From an uncultured virus (IMG/VR IMGVR_UViG_3300046519_000252) (Duplodnaviria > Heunggongvirae > Uroviricota > Caudoviricetes), in the IMG/VR virus record IMGVR_UViG_3300046519_000252: a stretch of DNA of 64,000 nucleotides; one strand, given 5' to 3'. Below the pieces are notes generated by a model that worked only from the letters and a program-made list of their open reading frames with translations, searched no databases and had not been told where the DNA came from. Below, one piece after another: positions 36,264 through 45,974 of the stretch (its first letter is position 1; the number at the start of each line of letters is the position of its first letter). The position numbers and the translations under genes were made by a program.

Positions 36264-37820
36264 GTGGCGGATGAGCAGTTAAATGGCAGCGACCTGCCTG
36301 CGGGCAGCGCGCTTGCCAATTATGCCTCGGACTACCTGAACAAACCCCTGACCAAGACCGTCAACGGCGCCCCTGATGTAATCCTGGACGCCGAAGAAGG
36401 CAGCCTCTACACCTGGGCCGACTCCCTCGCCGCATCGTGGTCCGGCATACCCGGACGCATCCTCCTCGACGAGAATGAATTCGAAAGCCTCTCGTTCGAT
36501 GAAATGCTCAGCCGGGACGGCAAGGCCCGCACCATTCAGCAGGTGCTCACCCTGCCCATCCGCTCCGCCCCGTGGAAAATCCTTCCGGGTCCCGGAGACA
36601 GCGGAGAGGCCGCCTTCGTACAGGCCGCGCTGACCAAGCCCGCCAACCAGGGGGGTATGAAGACCCCGATGCGGCTGCTCATCGCCCAGGCACTGTCCGC
36701 GCGCACGAACCGGAAAGCCTGTTTCGAGAAGGTCTTCACCGAACGGGACGGCAAGATCGTCTACGAGCGCCTCGCGTTCCGGCCCTCCCCGACGACAGCC
36801 ATCGCCCGCGACCCGAAGACAGGGGCTTTCCGGGGGTTCCGGCAGCGCCCCGTAGCTGTGGGCGGTGAGATCTGGCCGGACATCTGGATCGACATCCCCG
36901 CGCAGTACTCCTGGGTGCACCTGAACAACCAGCACATCAACGCCGCGCGCGGGCACTCCGACATGGAACTGATCTACTGGCTGCACGACAAGAAGCAGAA
37001 AGTGCTGTTCCTTTGGGCGACGTTCCTGGAGGCGAACGCGCTCGGCCGCTACGTGGTGCAGGCTGAGGATGAGACTCGGGCCAAGCAGTACGCACAGGCC
37101 CTGCGGTACGTCAAAAACGGCGGTGTCCTCGGCACTTCCAATGAGATCAAGGTAGAAACCCTGGAGCTGGGCACCGGTGCGGCCGGGCTGTTCAAGGACT
37201 TCATCGACTACCTGGACAACCAGATGGCGGCCTCGGTCCTCGCGGGGTTCACCAACCTCCCGGACAGTCCCGGCGGTTCCTACGCGCTGTCCAAAGACCA
37301 GTCCGACTTCTTCCTCCAGTCCCTCACAGGTACCGCCAAGGAGCTGGCAGAGTCCATCACGAACTACGTGATCGCCGACCTGGTGATGTACAACTACGGG
37401 CCGAAGGGCGTTTGCCCGACCTTTGAGTTCGGTCCGCTGTCTGAGGGCGACTTGGAGACGGTCAAGGCGCTGCTGCTCGGATTCGGCACAACGCCGACGG
37501 AACTCCGGGTGCCGCAGGCATTCATGACCGAGCTGACCAAGATGATGGGCACCTATCTTGACATGCCCATGGATGAGGTCAACAAGGAATTCCAGCAGCT
37601 GGAAGAGCGCATCGACCAGCGAATGGACCTGGAGCTGGAGACAAAGAAGGCCGGTCTCGATGCCCAGAAGCAGATGGCCGCGCAGGGTGGTCCTCAGGCC
37701 GGAGCTGCGGTAGGCGCCGCGAATCAGCAGAAAAAAGCTGAGATGGCGAAGGCCGGGGCCAAGATCAACAAGGCTGCACAGATGGTCAAGCAAAAGGCCG
37801 CAGCCGCCAAGGGCAAATAA
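36264..37820 (+). CDS. Portal protein (Mu gp29/DUF935-like)
   Basis: Follows terL; FIDYLD.QM...VLAG...GGSYAL motif. Confidence 0.85.
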   Translation: MADEQLNGSDLPAGSALANYASDYLNKPLTKTVNGAPDVILDAEEGSLYTWADSLAASWSGIPGRILLDENEFESLSFDEMLSRDGKARTIQQVLTLPIRSAPWKILPGPGDSGEAAFVQAALTKPANQGGMKTPMRLLIAQALSARTNRKACFEKVFTERDGKIVYERLAFRPSPTTAIARDPKTGAFRGFRQRPVAVGGEIWPDIWIDIPAQYSWVHLNNQHINAARGHSDMELIYWLHDKKQKVLFLWATFLEANALGRYVVQAEDETRAKQYAQALRYVKNGGVLGTSNEIKVETLELGTGAAGLFKDFIDYLDNQMAASVLAGFTNLPDSPGGSYALSKDQSDFFLQSLTGTAKELAESITNYVIADLVMYNYGPKGVCPTFEFGPLSEGDLETVKALLLGFGTTPTELRVPQAFMTELTKMMGTYLDMPMDEVNKEFQQLEERIDQRMDLELETKKAGLDAQKQMAAQGGPQAGAAVGAANQQKKAEMAKAGAKINKAAQMVKQKAAAAKGK

Positions 37821-37825
37821 AAAAC

Positions 37826-37864
37826 CGAACCCCGCCAGGAGCCAAGCTCAACCGGCGGGGTTCG
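37826..37864. terminator. Hairpin after the portal gene
   Basis: CGAACCCCGCC...GGCGGGGTTCG. Confidence 0.55.
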
Positions 37865-37904
37865 ATCACCCAACCACCCAAAATGGATATTACTGGGAGG
37901 GTGC

Positions 37905-38534
37905 ATGTCGGAGCAAGCTCAGCAAAAGGCCCAAAGCGAATCTTCACAACAGGATGCCGAGATTGCTGCTGTCGTCGCCATTCTGGTAGCGGGTCCGCCC
38001 CTCATTACCGCAATGAAGGCCATTTCAGTTGCAGCGAAACTCCCCAAAAAGCTAGTACTAGCCCTACTAGCCATCATCAAGTACAAACCAGGCAAAAAGG
38101 CACAGGCCAAGGGATCCGGCCCCGTCACAGCCGCCCTGAAAAAGAACATGCGCTACCGGGCCGCCTACCTCATCAACGCCGCACAGAGACTGGCCGCAGC
38201 CCCCGACCTGGAAGCAGCCATCGCCCGGGAAAAAACGCTGTTTGCCGCCCACAAGGAGGCCTCAGCACGCCGCACCGCAGCAGCGAAAGCCTCCGTAGCC
38301 ATGGCCACCACCAGCCACAGCCCCGTCCTGGGATGGGGCGGCATCCTCGACAACCGCACCACCCCGGACTGCCGCTGGCTCATCGGGAAAAACTATTCCG
38401 TCGACAACCCGCCCGAAGGACTCCACCCCGGCGCCCGGCACCCGCGCTGCCGGTGCTACCCAACTCCGTCCTACCCCGGAAAACCGGTCGTCACAGAACT
38501 CCCGGCACACCTCAGCGGGAATTCTCCCCTATAG
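37905..38534 (+). CDS. MuF/SPP1 gp7-like minor head protein (short form)
   Basis: W...LD.RT...C..L.G......P...HP.CRC. Confidence 0.8.
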   Translation: MSEQAQQKAQSESSQQDAEIAAVVAILVAGPPLITAMKAISVAAKLPKKLVLALLAIIKYKPGKKAQAKGSGPVTAALKKNMRYRAAYLINAAQRLAAAPDLEAAIAREKTLFAAHKEASARRTAAAKASVAMATTSHSPVLGWGGILDNRTTPDCRWLIGKNYSVDNPPEGLHPGARHPRCRCYPTPSYPGKPVVTELPAHLSGNSPL

Positions 38535-38619
38535 GTACTAGCCTCCCAGATTGACGAATAAACAGGTAGTTTGGTATCCGGCATGCCTGCTGAAAACACG
38601 CGCGCAAGGAGACCTCACT

Positions 38620-38943
38620 ATGGCTACCGCCTTAACTGTCCTTTCTGCCTCCAATGGTGGCCTGTCCACCTTTACCACCGTCGCAGCGGACACCACCGGG
38701 AACACGTTCTCGAATGACGGCCGCACCTGGCTGTTCATCGACGGGGGCGCCGCCGGTGGCACGCTCATCGTGAAGTCCAACGCCATTCTCCCCACGGGCC
38801 TGGTCGTTCCGGACAAGACGTACACCATCGCCGCGACCACCACGTACCTCCTCGACCCGTCGGACTTTCCGTACGTCGTCACCGGCGACACCGTGAAGGT
38901 CACCGCGTCCGTCACCACGATCAAGCTCGCCGCGTTCCACTAA
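38620..38943 (+). CDS. Small putative virion protein
   Basis: AAGGAG RBS; beta-rich; G..F.NDGR segment. Confidence 0.65.
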   Translation: MATALTVLSASNGGLSTFTTVAADTTGNTFSNDGRTWLFIDGGAAGGTLIVKSNAILPTGLVVPDKTYTIAATTTYLLDPSDFPYVVTGDTVKVTASVTTIKLAAFH

Positions 38944-38972
38944 ACACGCCGTAACTCCTTGGAGCGCAGGAC

Positions 38973-40139
38973 ATGAGTGCAGAGACTGGGGCGTTAGCGA
39001 CCACCCCGCATCCGTTAGGAAAGCCGAACGGACCGGGTCTTTTCGGAAACAAGTCGTTGAGCCTCCCGCCGTATGTGCAAAACGTGGCCCAGAGCCTTAT
39101 GGAGAAGCGCGGGATGGATCGCTCCCGGGCAATCGCCACGGCCATCGGAGTCATGAAGAACTGGGCATCCGGGCAGGGGAAGGTGCACCCCGAGGTCCGT
39201 GCTGCGGCAGGCGCGGCCCTGGCGGAGTGGGAAGCCGCAAAAATGAAGGCCCACGCCACCCCCAACAAGGGCGCTGTGAGCCTGTCCCAGCCGATGACTC
39301 TCCTGCGCTCCATCCTGGACGGCTCCACTGCGGTGGAACTGGCGCAGACCGCCACAGAGCCCTCAGGAGGCCCGAAGCCCGCCAAGGCCCCGGCCAAGCA
39401 GGACAAGAAGGCCCAGCAAGACCAGCAGCAGACCAAGCACCAGCTGCCTCCGGGCGCTACAGGCTGGAAGCATGGGTGGATTCCTGTCGATTCGTCCGGA
39501 AAAGCTGTCGGTCCATCGCAGATGAACAAGTCTGCGCAGGAGATCAAGGACATGACGGGCCACGACCAGGCCACCAAGGACGCGATCGCCTCCGCGTACC
39601 ACAACAAGTCAGTTGCTGACGGCAAGAAAGCCGCCACAAAGGCCAAGTCCGCCAAGAAGAAGGCGGACGCCGCCGCCAAGCATGCCGCAAAGGCCAAGAC
39701 CGCAGCCGCCAAGAAGGCGCTCCGGGCCAAGGTAGTCGCCGCGAAGAAGGCTGCGGTGGCTGCCAAGAGGAATGCCGCAGCTATCGCGAAAAACAAGGCT
39801 GCGAAGACGAAGGCCCGTCAGAAGCTGGTCACTCAGGCCACCCGGCAGGCGCTCGCGGACAAGAAGGCGGGCCGGTCGCTGACGCCGTCACAGGTCCGGC
39901 TGCTGGACGCGTACAACTCTCAGCAGGCCTCGCAGCTGGACAACCTGCGTAACAACGTGTCGCTGTCTCAGCCGGTTGGCGGGGAATCCCAGGTCACTGT
40001 CCCTACGGGTTCTTCGCAGGACGGCCCTCGTAGCACGGTAAACAGCCTGCTCTCCTCGGTTCCGAAGCGGAAGCTCGCGGATGCCGCGCTGAAGGCTCAG
40101 AAGACGCGGCGTGATCGCCGCAGGAAGGGCGGGAAGTGA
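38973..40139 (+). CDS. K/A-rich putative internal head protein
   Basis: LP.Y...VA..L...G...SRAIA.A N-domain; KHGWIP motif; histone-like AAKK tract. Confidence 0.7.
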   Translation: MSAETGALATTPHPLGKPNGPGLFGNKSLSLPPYVQNVAQSLMEKRGMDRSRAIATAIGVMKNWASGQGKVHPEVRAAAGAALAEWEAAKMKAHATPNKGAVSLSQPMTLLRSILDGSTAVELAQTATEPSGGPKPAKAPAKQDKKAQQDQQQTKHQLPPGATGWKHGWIPVDSSGKAVGPSQMNKSAQEIKDMTGHDQATKDAIASAYHNKSVADGKKAATKAKSAKKKADAAAKHAAKAKTAAAKKALRAKVVAAKKAAVAAKRNAAAIAKNKAAKTKARQKLVTQATRQALADKKAGRSLTPSQVRLLDAYNSQQASQLDNLRNNVSLSQPVGGESQVTVPTGSSQDGPRSTVNSLLSSVPKRKLADAALKAQKTRRDRRRKGGK

Positions 40140-43100
40140 ACACGCAGGAGTACGAGTTAGCATTCGTAACGGTTTTACCGTCGGGTGCTCACGAAGTTCA
40201 GCCCCATACGCTGGACTTTTCCAAGAACCCCGCCGGAGCGTTAGCATTCCGATACAAGCACGGCTGGATCTTGATCAACCCCCTGATCCCTTCCCGGGGA
40301 CTCAGCGGCGGCGGTCTCGCCCGGCAGCACGGCCACCTCTCCGGCGGCTACACCACCGGCCACTTCCACAAGGGCGCCGACGGCAAGGTCCACTTCAAGG
40401 CCGCCAACCGGTACGCCGACAAGGCGGACTGGGAGAAGGAAGTCAGGGCCGGGGCGGCGGGCGTCGTCGCCAAGCAGGAAGCAGCGAAGGCGGCTGTCCA
40501 GAAGGCCGAGGACGCCACCAACCTCACGGAGAAGCTGGCCGGGGAGAAGGCCCCCAAGGCGGCTCAGGCTGCGGCTCACGCGGCTGCTGCGGCGGCTCAC
40601 CAGGACGCTGTGAAGCACTTCCAGGCAATGGGTCAGGACGGCCTCAAGTCCGGGGTGTTGACGCACTCGGCACACAGCGCGATCCACTCCTCCAAGGCGG
40701 GCCAGCTGGAGGCCGCCGCCAAGGCGGAGAAGCTCCAGAAGCAGGTACAGCGCAAGGAGCTGGCTACCGGCCTGTCGAAGAAGGCCAACGATCTCAGCGC
40801 CTCGACGAAGGAGTCCACGGCACTCCCGAAGGAGAAGGCAGCGCTTCACCAGAAGGCTGCGGCATCCCACCTGGCGGCCCAGAAGGCGAACGAGGCAGCC
40901 GGGAACCACTACGTCGCCGACGCCCACGGGAAGGCCGCCGCCAAGCACGAGGCGATTGCTGCACACCAGCTGGAGAAGCACAAGCAGCTGGAGCACGGAG
41001 CGGGTGTCAAGTCGAACAAGGCTGCAACCGCCTCCAAGAGCGCGAAGATAGCGGGCGAAGAGGGTGACTCGTTCCCCTCTCAGCTTGCCGCGCACCAGAA
41101 CGCCTCAACCGCGCACGAAGAGGCCGCCACCGCGCACAAGATCCTCGGGAACACCAAGGTTGCGCAGGACCACCTGACCAGCAAGATGAGCCACAACACG
41201 GCCATTGCCCAGCTGAAGGAGAAGCAGGCCGCGCACGAGGCGACGACGGCTGAGAACGACAAGCTGAAAGGCGCCGCCAACGCGGCGTACCAGAAGGCCA
41301 TCGGCATGCCCGAGGACACGGTGTCCCAGAAGGTGGCCAAGGTCGTCGCTCTCAAGGAGGCGTCCCAGAAGACTGGCGCTGCCATGCAGCACGGCGCGAA
41401 GCACGACCTGCCCGACGATCACCTGATAACGGCGAAGCACGAACAGATGACCGATTTCGCCAAGCAGTTGAAGGGCGAGATCGAGCAGGCGCACAAGGCC
41501 AAGGTCGAAGAGCAGAAGGCCCAGGCCAAGCTGAACCAGGCGGCGTTCGACGCCTCCGACACGGCCAAGACCGCGTCTCAAAAGGCGAACAGCTCCGGCA
41601 CCCTCGCTGACCACTGGGCGGCTCACGATGCCCACCAGGCAGCTGGGGAGGCAGCAGGAACGGCGGGCCACGGGTCGGACATTCAGCAGTATCACGCGAA
41701 GCAGCAGGAAGCGCACCTGGACAAGATCGCGAAGATCCAGGAAGAGCAGGAAGCTGAGGCCGAGAAGGCGAAAGCGGCCAAGAAGGCTGCGATGGTCAAG
41801 GCGCTCGACCTGTCGGACGCTGCCAAAAAGGCCAGCATTGCCGCTGAAAACACGCCGCACGGCAAGGCCCTGATCGGCAAGCACCTGGACGCCGCAGCCG
41901 CTCACCTGGACGCCTCCGAAGCGGCGAAGAACGCTACCGCCGGGACAAAGCTCGCTGAGCACCACAAGGACTTGGCGAAGGAGCACACCGAGACCGCCAA
42001 GAAGCTCGCGACGGACATTGCGGACGCCAACCAGAAGGCCGGGGACTTCTTCAACAACGGCGACGACGCCGAAACCTTCGGCGACACGAGCGCAGCGGCC
42101 CACAACTACAAGAAGGCCGCCGAGCAAGCCGAACTGGCGGGCAACCCCGCAATGAAGGTCAATGCTCTGCACGCCCTTGCCACGCTCACCGGGACGAAGG
42201 AAGACCACAAGGAGGCCGCCAAGGCTGCCCTGAAGGCCCTGGTAGCGGAGAACAAGAAGAGCAACCCCAGCACCTTCTATCAGAACAAGTACGAGCACCT
42301 CTCCGAGGAGCACCTTGCCGCGATCGACAAGATCGGCGAGACCGACCAGCACGCCACAGCCAAGGCGGACGCCTACAAGGCAGCAGCTGACGAGGTGGAC
42401 AAGGCGACTCAGAAGGTCATCACCTCTGCCGGGCTTGGTGCGCAGCCGCAGGCAGACGCCCACTACGGGGCAGCCCAGGCCCACCAGGTGGCTGCGGAGG
42501 CCGCCAAATCGGCGGGGCTGAAGAAAGAAGCTAAGTCGCACGCGGAACAGGTGTCTGCGCACACCCTTACTGGCAACAAGAAGCAGGCAGAGGCCAACCT
42601 CAAGAAGAAGATGACCCAGGAGAAGGCCGAGAAGCAGGCGGTCCAGGAACCGGCCGCTTCGGGGGAAAAGCCGCTCAAGCCGGTAGGCGAGCTGACCAAC
42701 ACCGGCCGCACCCTCGGGACGCACGGCTCTCAGTTGATGAAGGACGAAGCCGGAAACGAATGGCTGAAGAAGACCGACGACTACAGCCGTGTTCTGGACC
42801 CTGCCATCGCGTCCCTTCAGCGCAAGATCGGCATGGACACCCCGGTGTTCGTCAAGACCAAGGAGGGGCACCTCCAGGGCATGCTTCCGGATGCCAAGGA
42901 CGCGTTCCCTAACGGCAACTTCGATCCGGAGAAGCTGTCCGAAGAAGACCTCGCCAAGATGCTCCAGCACCAGGTGCTGGACTACGTCACCGGGAACCAG
43001 GACACCCACTCCGGCCAGTGGCTGCGAACCTCGGACGGCAAACTGATCCAGATCGACCAGGGTCAAGCGTTCAAGTTCGGTGTCGGCAAGGGCAGCGGCG

Positions 43101-45655
43101 GTTCAGGCAAGGGCGACCCGACGACAACGTACCCGCCGATCGGGGCGAATTCCCCGATCTATCCGAAGCTGTGGCACGCGGCCGAAGCGGGCAAAATCCA
43201 TATCCCGGACCCGAGCGGGGACAACGACTTCGCCAAGACCATCAAGGCGATTCAGGACATGCCGGACGAACAGTTCAAGGCGCTGTTCAAGCCGTACGCC
43301 GTCCAGGCGATGAAGAACGGCCACAACCCCGGCGGGCACACCACCGTGGACGGCTTCCTCAACGACATCGCGGAGCACAAGAGCAAGATCGGCAGCGACT
43401 TCCAGAAGCTCTATGACGAGCTCCCGGCGAACGCGAAGAGCGGTGCGCCTGAGGCGCCTGCCAGCCCGGGTCCTAACCTGGTAACTGGTTCGGAGCCGGG
43501 CAAGAAGGCGAATGCCCTGGAGGCCATCAAAACCTACGCCGTCTCCGCGAAGGGCCAGCCGATGGCGCCCTGGATGCACCAGATGGCCAAGGAAGCCGGT
43601 CTCTCCGACGCGGAGATCCACAAGGCGTTCCAGGACGGCCCGAAGGAGATCGCCCTCAAGGAGGTCGCAACCCAGGCCGCCAACGGCACCGTGCTGGGAA
43701 GCGGCGCGATCACCAAGGCCAAGGAGGCAGGCGCATCCCTCGACGAGATCCACAAGGTCATGCAGGACGCCAAGGCCGCCAAGACCGCCGCACCGACCGC
43801 CGGACCGTCCGAGAAGGAGAAGGCTCTCAAGGCCCTCGCCGAGCACGAACACCACAACAACATCGGTGCGTGGACGTACACAAAGAGCGACAAACTGGAA
43901 AATGCGGCCAAGGAGGCAGGCGCCTCCCCGCAGGAAATCCAGACCGCCTTCGAAAAGCCTCAGGAGGTCTTGAATGCGCTGTCCGAGGCCCCGGCTTCAA
44001 CGCCGTCCGCTCCGGAACCGTCGGGGCTGTCTGCGAAGCACGCTGCTCTGAAGACCCTGGCCGAGTACTCGGACAACCCGCCGGACAACTGGTCTCTGAA
44101 GGAGTACCAGAAGCTCAAGGAAGCTGCCGCCGGAGCAGGCGCCAGCAATGACGAGCTGAACGCCGCACAGTACACACCGGGGACGTTCCTGAAGAACCTC
44201 CCGGCCATGGCTGCCGCCGAGCCGTCCGCTCCGGCAACCCCTGCGGCGCCCAGCGCCCCGGCGGGCCCCAAGGTGGATCCGTTCAAGCCGAAGGCCAAAT
44301 GGTCCAAGGGCGTTGCGGGCCTCGCGTATCCCGGAGGCGAAAAGAAGCAGACGGATGTCTTGGCAGGCCCGAAGGGGCTCGTGGTCCACAAGGCCACCAC
44401 GGGTACCGGCTGGTCCGTGTCGTCCTCGGACGGCCTCAACATGGGCGGCGTCAAGTTCAAGACGCAGAAGGAAGCCAAGCTCGCTGCCGAGTGGATGGCG
44501 AAGAACCACGGCGCCCCCGGGTCGATCACGACCGAGAGCCACAAGGAATGGGCTGCCGCGAACCCGGAGAAGAACACGGCGTTCAAACAGGGGATCAACG
44601 CCAGCCAGTGGAACAAGGACGCTCAGGCGGAGCTGGACAAGCACAACGGCGTAACCCCGATCACGTCTGCTGCTCCGGCATCGCCGGAAGCGACTGCGTC
44701 CGCGACGCCACATATCGCGTACACCGGTCTCAGCAACGACAAGGTGGCCAACGCGCAGCTGCTCAAGAAGCTGTACAACCAGGCGAACAGCCCGAACGCC
44801 ACGGCAGCCGACAAGGCGGCGTACGTACAGGCGAAGTACGACTGGGACCACAAGCACTCCAGCCCCTTCGATCCCAGCAAGGTGCTGCTGCCGGGCCAGC
44901 TTCCCGAGATGGGCAGCACGCCGAACCCGCAGAAGGGGAAGAAGCCGTACCCGGTCACGCCCGGCTACCAGGGATGGAAGCCGTACAACCCGGCCGAGGG
45001 AAGCACTCACGGGATCGCCACTACGGACCGCACCAAGCTGGCCGAGATCACGAAGCATCAGTGGTCAGACAGCACCTACCAGGCGGGATTCAGGTCGGCG
45101 TCGACCAACGAGAGCCTGCACGGGGACTGGAAGCCGAACTACAAGGACGCCGGGTCGGGGTCTGGTCCGTATATCTACTCCACGGGCAGCTACACCTCCA
45201 TCAATCAGCAGCTGCGCGGCGACAAGAAGAAGGGCATCGCGCCGTTCGGCCCCACGGGCGGCAAGTGGGATGACGTGATTGCCCACATGGACACGGCGTT
45301 CGACGACGTACCGCCGCTGGACCGCGACATTGTCCTGTCCCGCAAGATGTATGGCGGTGGTCCCTTCCCGACGTCGCCCCCTGCCCCGCCGATGAAGCCG
45401 GGTGAGGAGTACATCGACCACGGGTACAACTCCACGTCGAAGACCCGCGAGGTCTGGAGCGGTGACACGCACATGGAGATCCGTGTGCCGAAGGGCGCCA
45501 AGGTATTGGACCTGAACCACTCCTACGGTTCGGACAACGCCACGGAGCACGAGGTCTTGCTGAACCGGGAAAGCAAGTTCAGGGTGATCGAGGACACGAC
45601 GTCTACGTGGCAGGGGCAGAAGGTCCGTCACATCATCGTAGAGCTGGTTCCGTAG
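40136..45655 (+). CDS. 1839-aa putative virion protein with HipA/PI4K-like kinase domain and C-terminal VIP2-like ADP-ribosyltransferase
   Basis: GTHG...WLKK...D...GN.DTH..Q...IDQG (~42690-43430); Y....Y..IN..LR...R...STS...EHE.LL (~45170-45655). Confidence 0.75.
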   Translation: MNTQEYELAFVTVLPSGAHEVQPHTLDFSKNPAGALAFRYKHGWILINPLIPSRGLSGGGLARQHGHLSGGYTTGHFHKGADGKVHFKAANRYADKADWEKEVRAGAAGVVAKQEAAKAAVQKAEDATNLTEKLAGEKAPKAAQAAAHAAAAAAHQDAVKHFQAMGQDGLKSGVLTHSAHSAIHSSKAGQLEAAAKAEKLQKQVQRKELATGLSKKANDLSASTKESTALPKEKAALHQKAAASHLAAQKANEAAGNHYVADAHGKAAAKHEAIAAHQLEKHKQLEHGAGVKSNKAATASKSAKIAGEEGDSFPSQLAAHQNASTAHEEAATAHKILGNTKVAQDHLTSKMSHNTAIAQLKEKQAAHEATTAENDKLKGAANAAYQKAIGMPEDTVSQKVAKVVALKEASQKTGAAMQHGAKHDLPDDHLITAKHEQMTDFAKQLKGEIEQAHKAKVEEQKAQAKLNQAAFDASDTAKTASQKANSSGTLADHWAAHDAHQAAGEAAGTAGHGSDIQQYHAKQQEAHLDKIAKIQEEQEAEAEKAKAAKKAAMVKALDLSDAAKKASIAAENTPHGKALIGKHLDAAAAHLDASEAAKNATAGTKLAEHHKDLAKEHTETAKKLATDIADANQKAGDFFNNGDDAETFGDTSAAAHNYKKAAEQAELAGNPAMKVNALHALATLTGTKEDHKEAAKAALKALVAENKKSNPSTFYQNKYEHLSEEHLAAIDKIGETDQHATAKADAYKAAADEVDKATQKVITSAGLGAQPQADAHYGAAQAHQVAAEAAKSAGLKKEAKSHAEQVSAHTLTGNKKQAEANLKKKMTQEKAEKQAVQEPAASGEKPLKPVGELTNTGRTLGTHGSQLMKDEAGNEWLKKTDDYSRVLDPAIASLQRKIGMDTPVFVKTKEGHLQGMLPDAKDAFPNGNFDPEKLSEEDLAKMLQHQVLDYVTGNQDTHSGQWLRTSDGKLIQIDQGQAFKFGVGKGSGGSGKGDPTTTYPPIGANSPIYPKLWHAAEAGKIHIPDPSGDNDFAKTIKAIQDMPDEQFKALFKPYAVQAMKNGHNPGGHTTVDGFLNDIAEHKSKIGSDFQKLYDELPANAKSGAPEAPASPGPNLVTGSEPGKKANALEAIKTYAVSAKGQPMAPWMHQMAKEAGLSDAEIHKAFQDGPKEIALKEVATQAANGTVLGSGAITKAKEAGASLDEIHKVMQDAKAAKTAAPTAGPSEKEKALKALAEHEHHNNIGAWTYTKSDKLENAAKEAGASPQEIQTAFEKPQEVLNALSEAPASTPSAPEPSGLSAKHAALKTLAEYSDNPPDNWSLKEYQKLKEAAAGAGASNDELNAAQYTPGTFLKNLPAMAAAEPSAPATPAAPSAPAGPKVDPFKPKAKWSKGVAGLAYPGGEKKQTDVLAGPKGLVVHKATTGTGWSVSSSDGLNMGGVKFKTQKEAKLAAEWMAKNHGAPGSITTESHKEWAAANPEKNTAFKQGINASQWNKDAQAELDKHNGVTPITSAAPASPEATASATPHIAYTGLSNDKVANAQLLKKLYNQANSPNATAADKAAYVQAKYDWDHKHSSPFDPSKVLLPGQLPEMGSTPNPQKGKKPYPVTPGYQGWKPYNPAEGSTHGIATTDRTKLAEITKHQWSDSTYQAGFRSASTNESLHGDWKPNYKDAGSGSGPYIYSTGSYTSINQQLRGDKKKGIAPFGPTGGKWDDVIAHMDTAFDDVPPLDRDIVLSRKMYGGGPFPTSPPAPPMKPGEEYIDHGYNSTSKTREVWSGDTHMEIRVPKGAKVLDLNHSYGSDNATEHEVLLNRESKFRVIEDTTSTWQGQKVRHIIVELVP

Positions 45656-45676
45656 TTAGACCGCGTGTGCTAGTAT

Positions 45677-45687
45677 TAGGGTAGATA
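45677..45687 (+). promoter_or_regulatory. Only exact copy of the early promoter/operator motif seen inside the late module
   Basis: TAGGGTAGATA 22 nt after the effector stop codon. Confidence 0.7.
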
Positions 45688-45701
45688 AGGAGATGAGGAC
45701 C

Positions 45702-45911
45702 ATGGCCACCAATACGGCCGCCAACGGCGCGACCCCTGACCTCTGCGACAACGTGGAGTTCATCGTCGGGCCCGACGACGTCACCCCGGAGATCACCGCG
45801 AAGCTCGCCGCTGACCAGAAGCGTCAGATGGCCGCAGGAAAGCGGCTGATCCTGGAAGAAAAGGTGGAGGCCGAACGGGCACGGCGCGCGAAGGCTGGCC
45901 AGGGCGGCTGA
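45702..45911 (+). CDS. Small protein downstream of the ART domain (candidate immunity factor)
   Basis: AGGAG RBS, own motif copy and terminator. Confidence 0.55.
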   Translation: MATNTAANGATPDLCDNVEFIVGPDDVTPEITAKLAADQKRQMAAGKRLILEEKVEAERARRAKAGQGG

Positions 45912-45927
45912 TCTCCCGCCAGGCAAA

Positions 45928-45963
45928 CAGAGAACCCCCGGACACCCGTCCGGGGGTTCTCTG
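45928..45963. terminator. Bidirectional terminator
   Basis: CAGAGAACCCCCGGAC-ACCC-GTCCGGGGGTTCTCTG. Confidence 0.8.
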
Positions 45964-45974
45964 CGTATCTGGAC

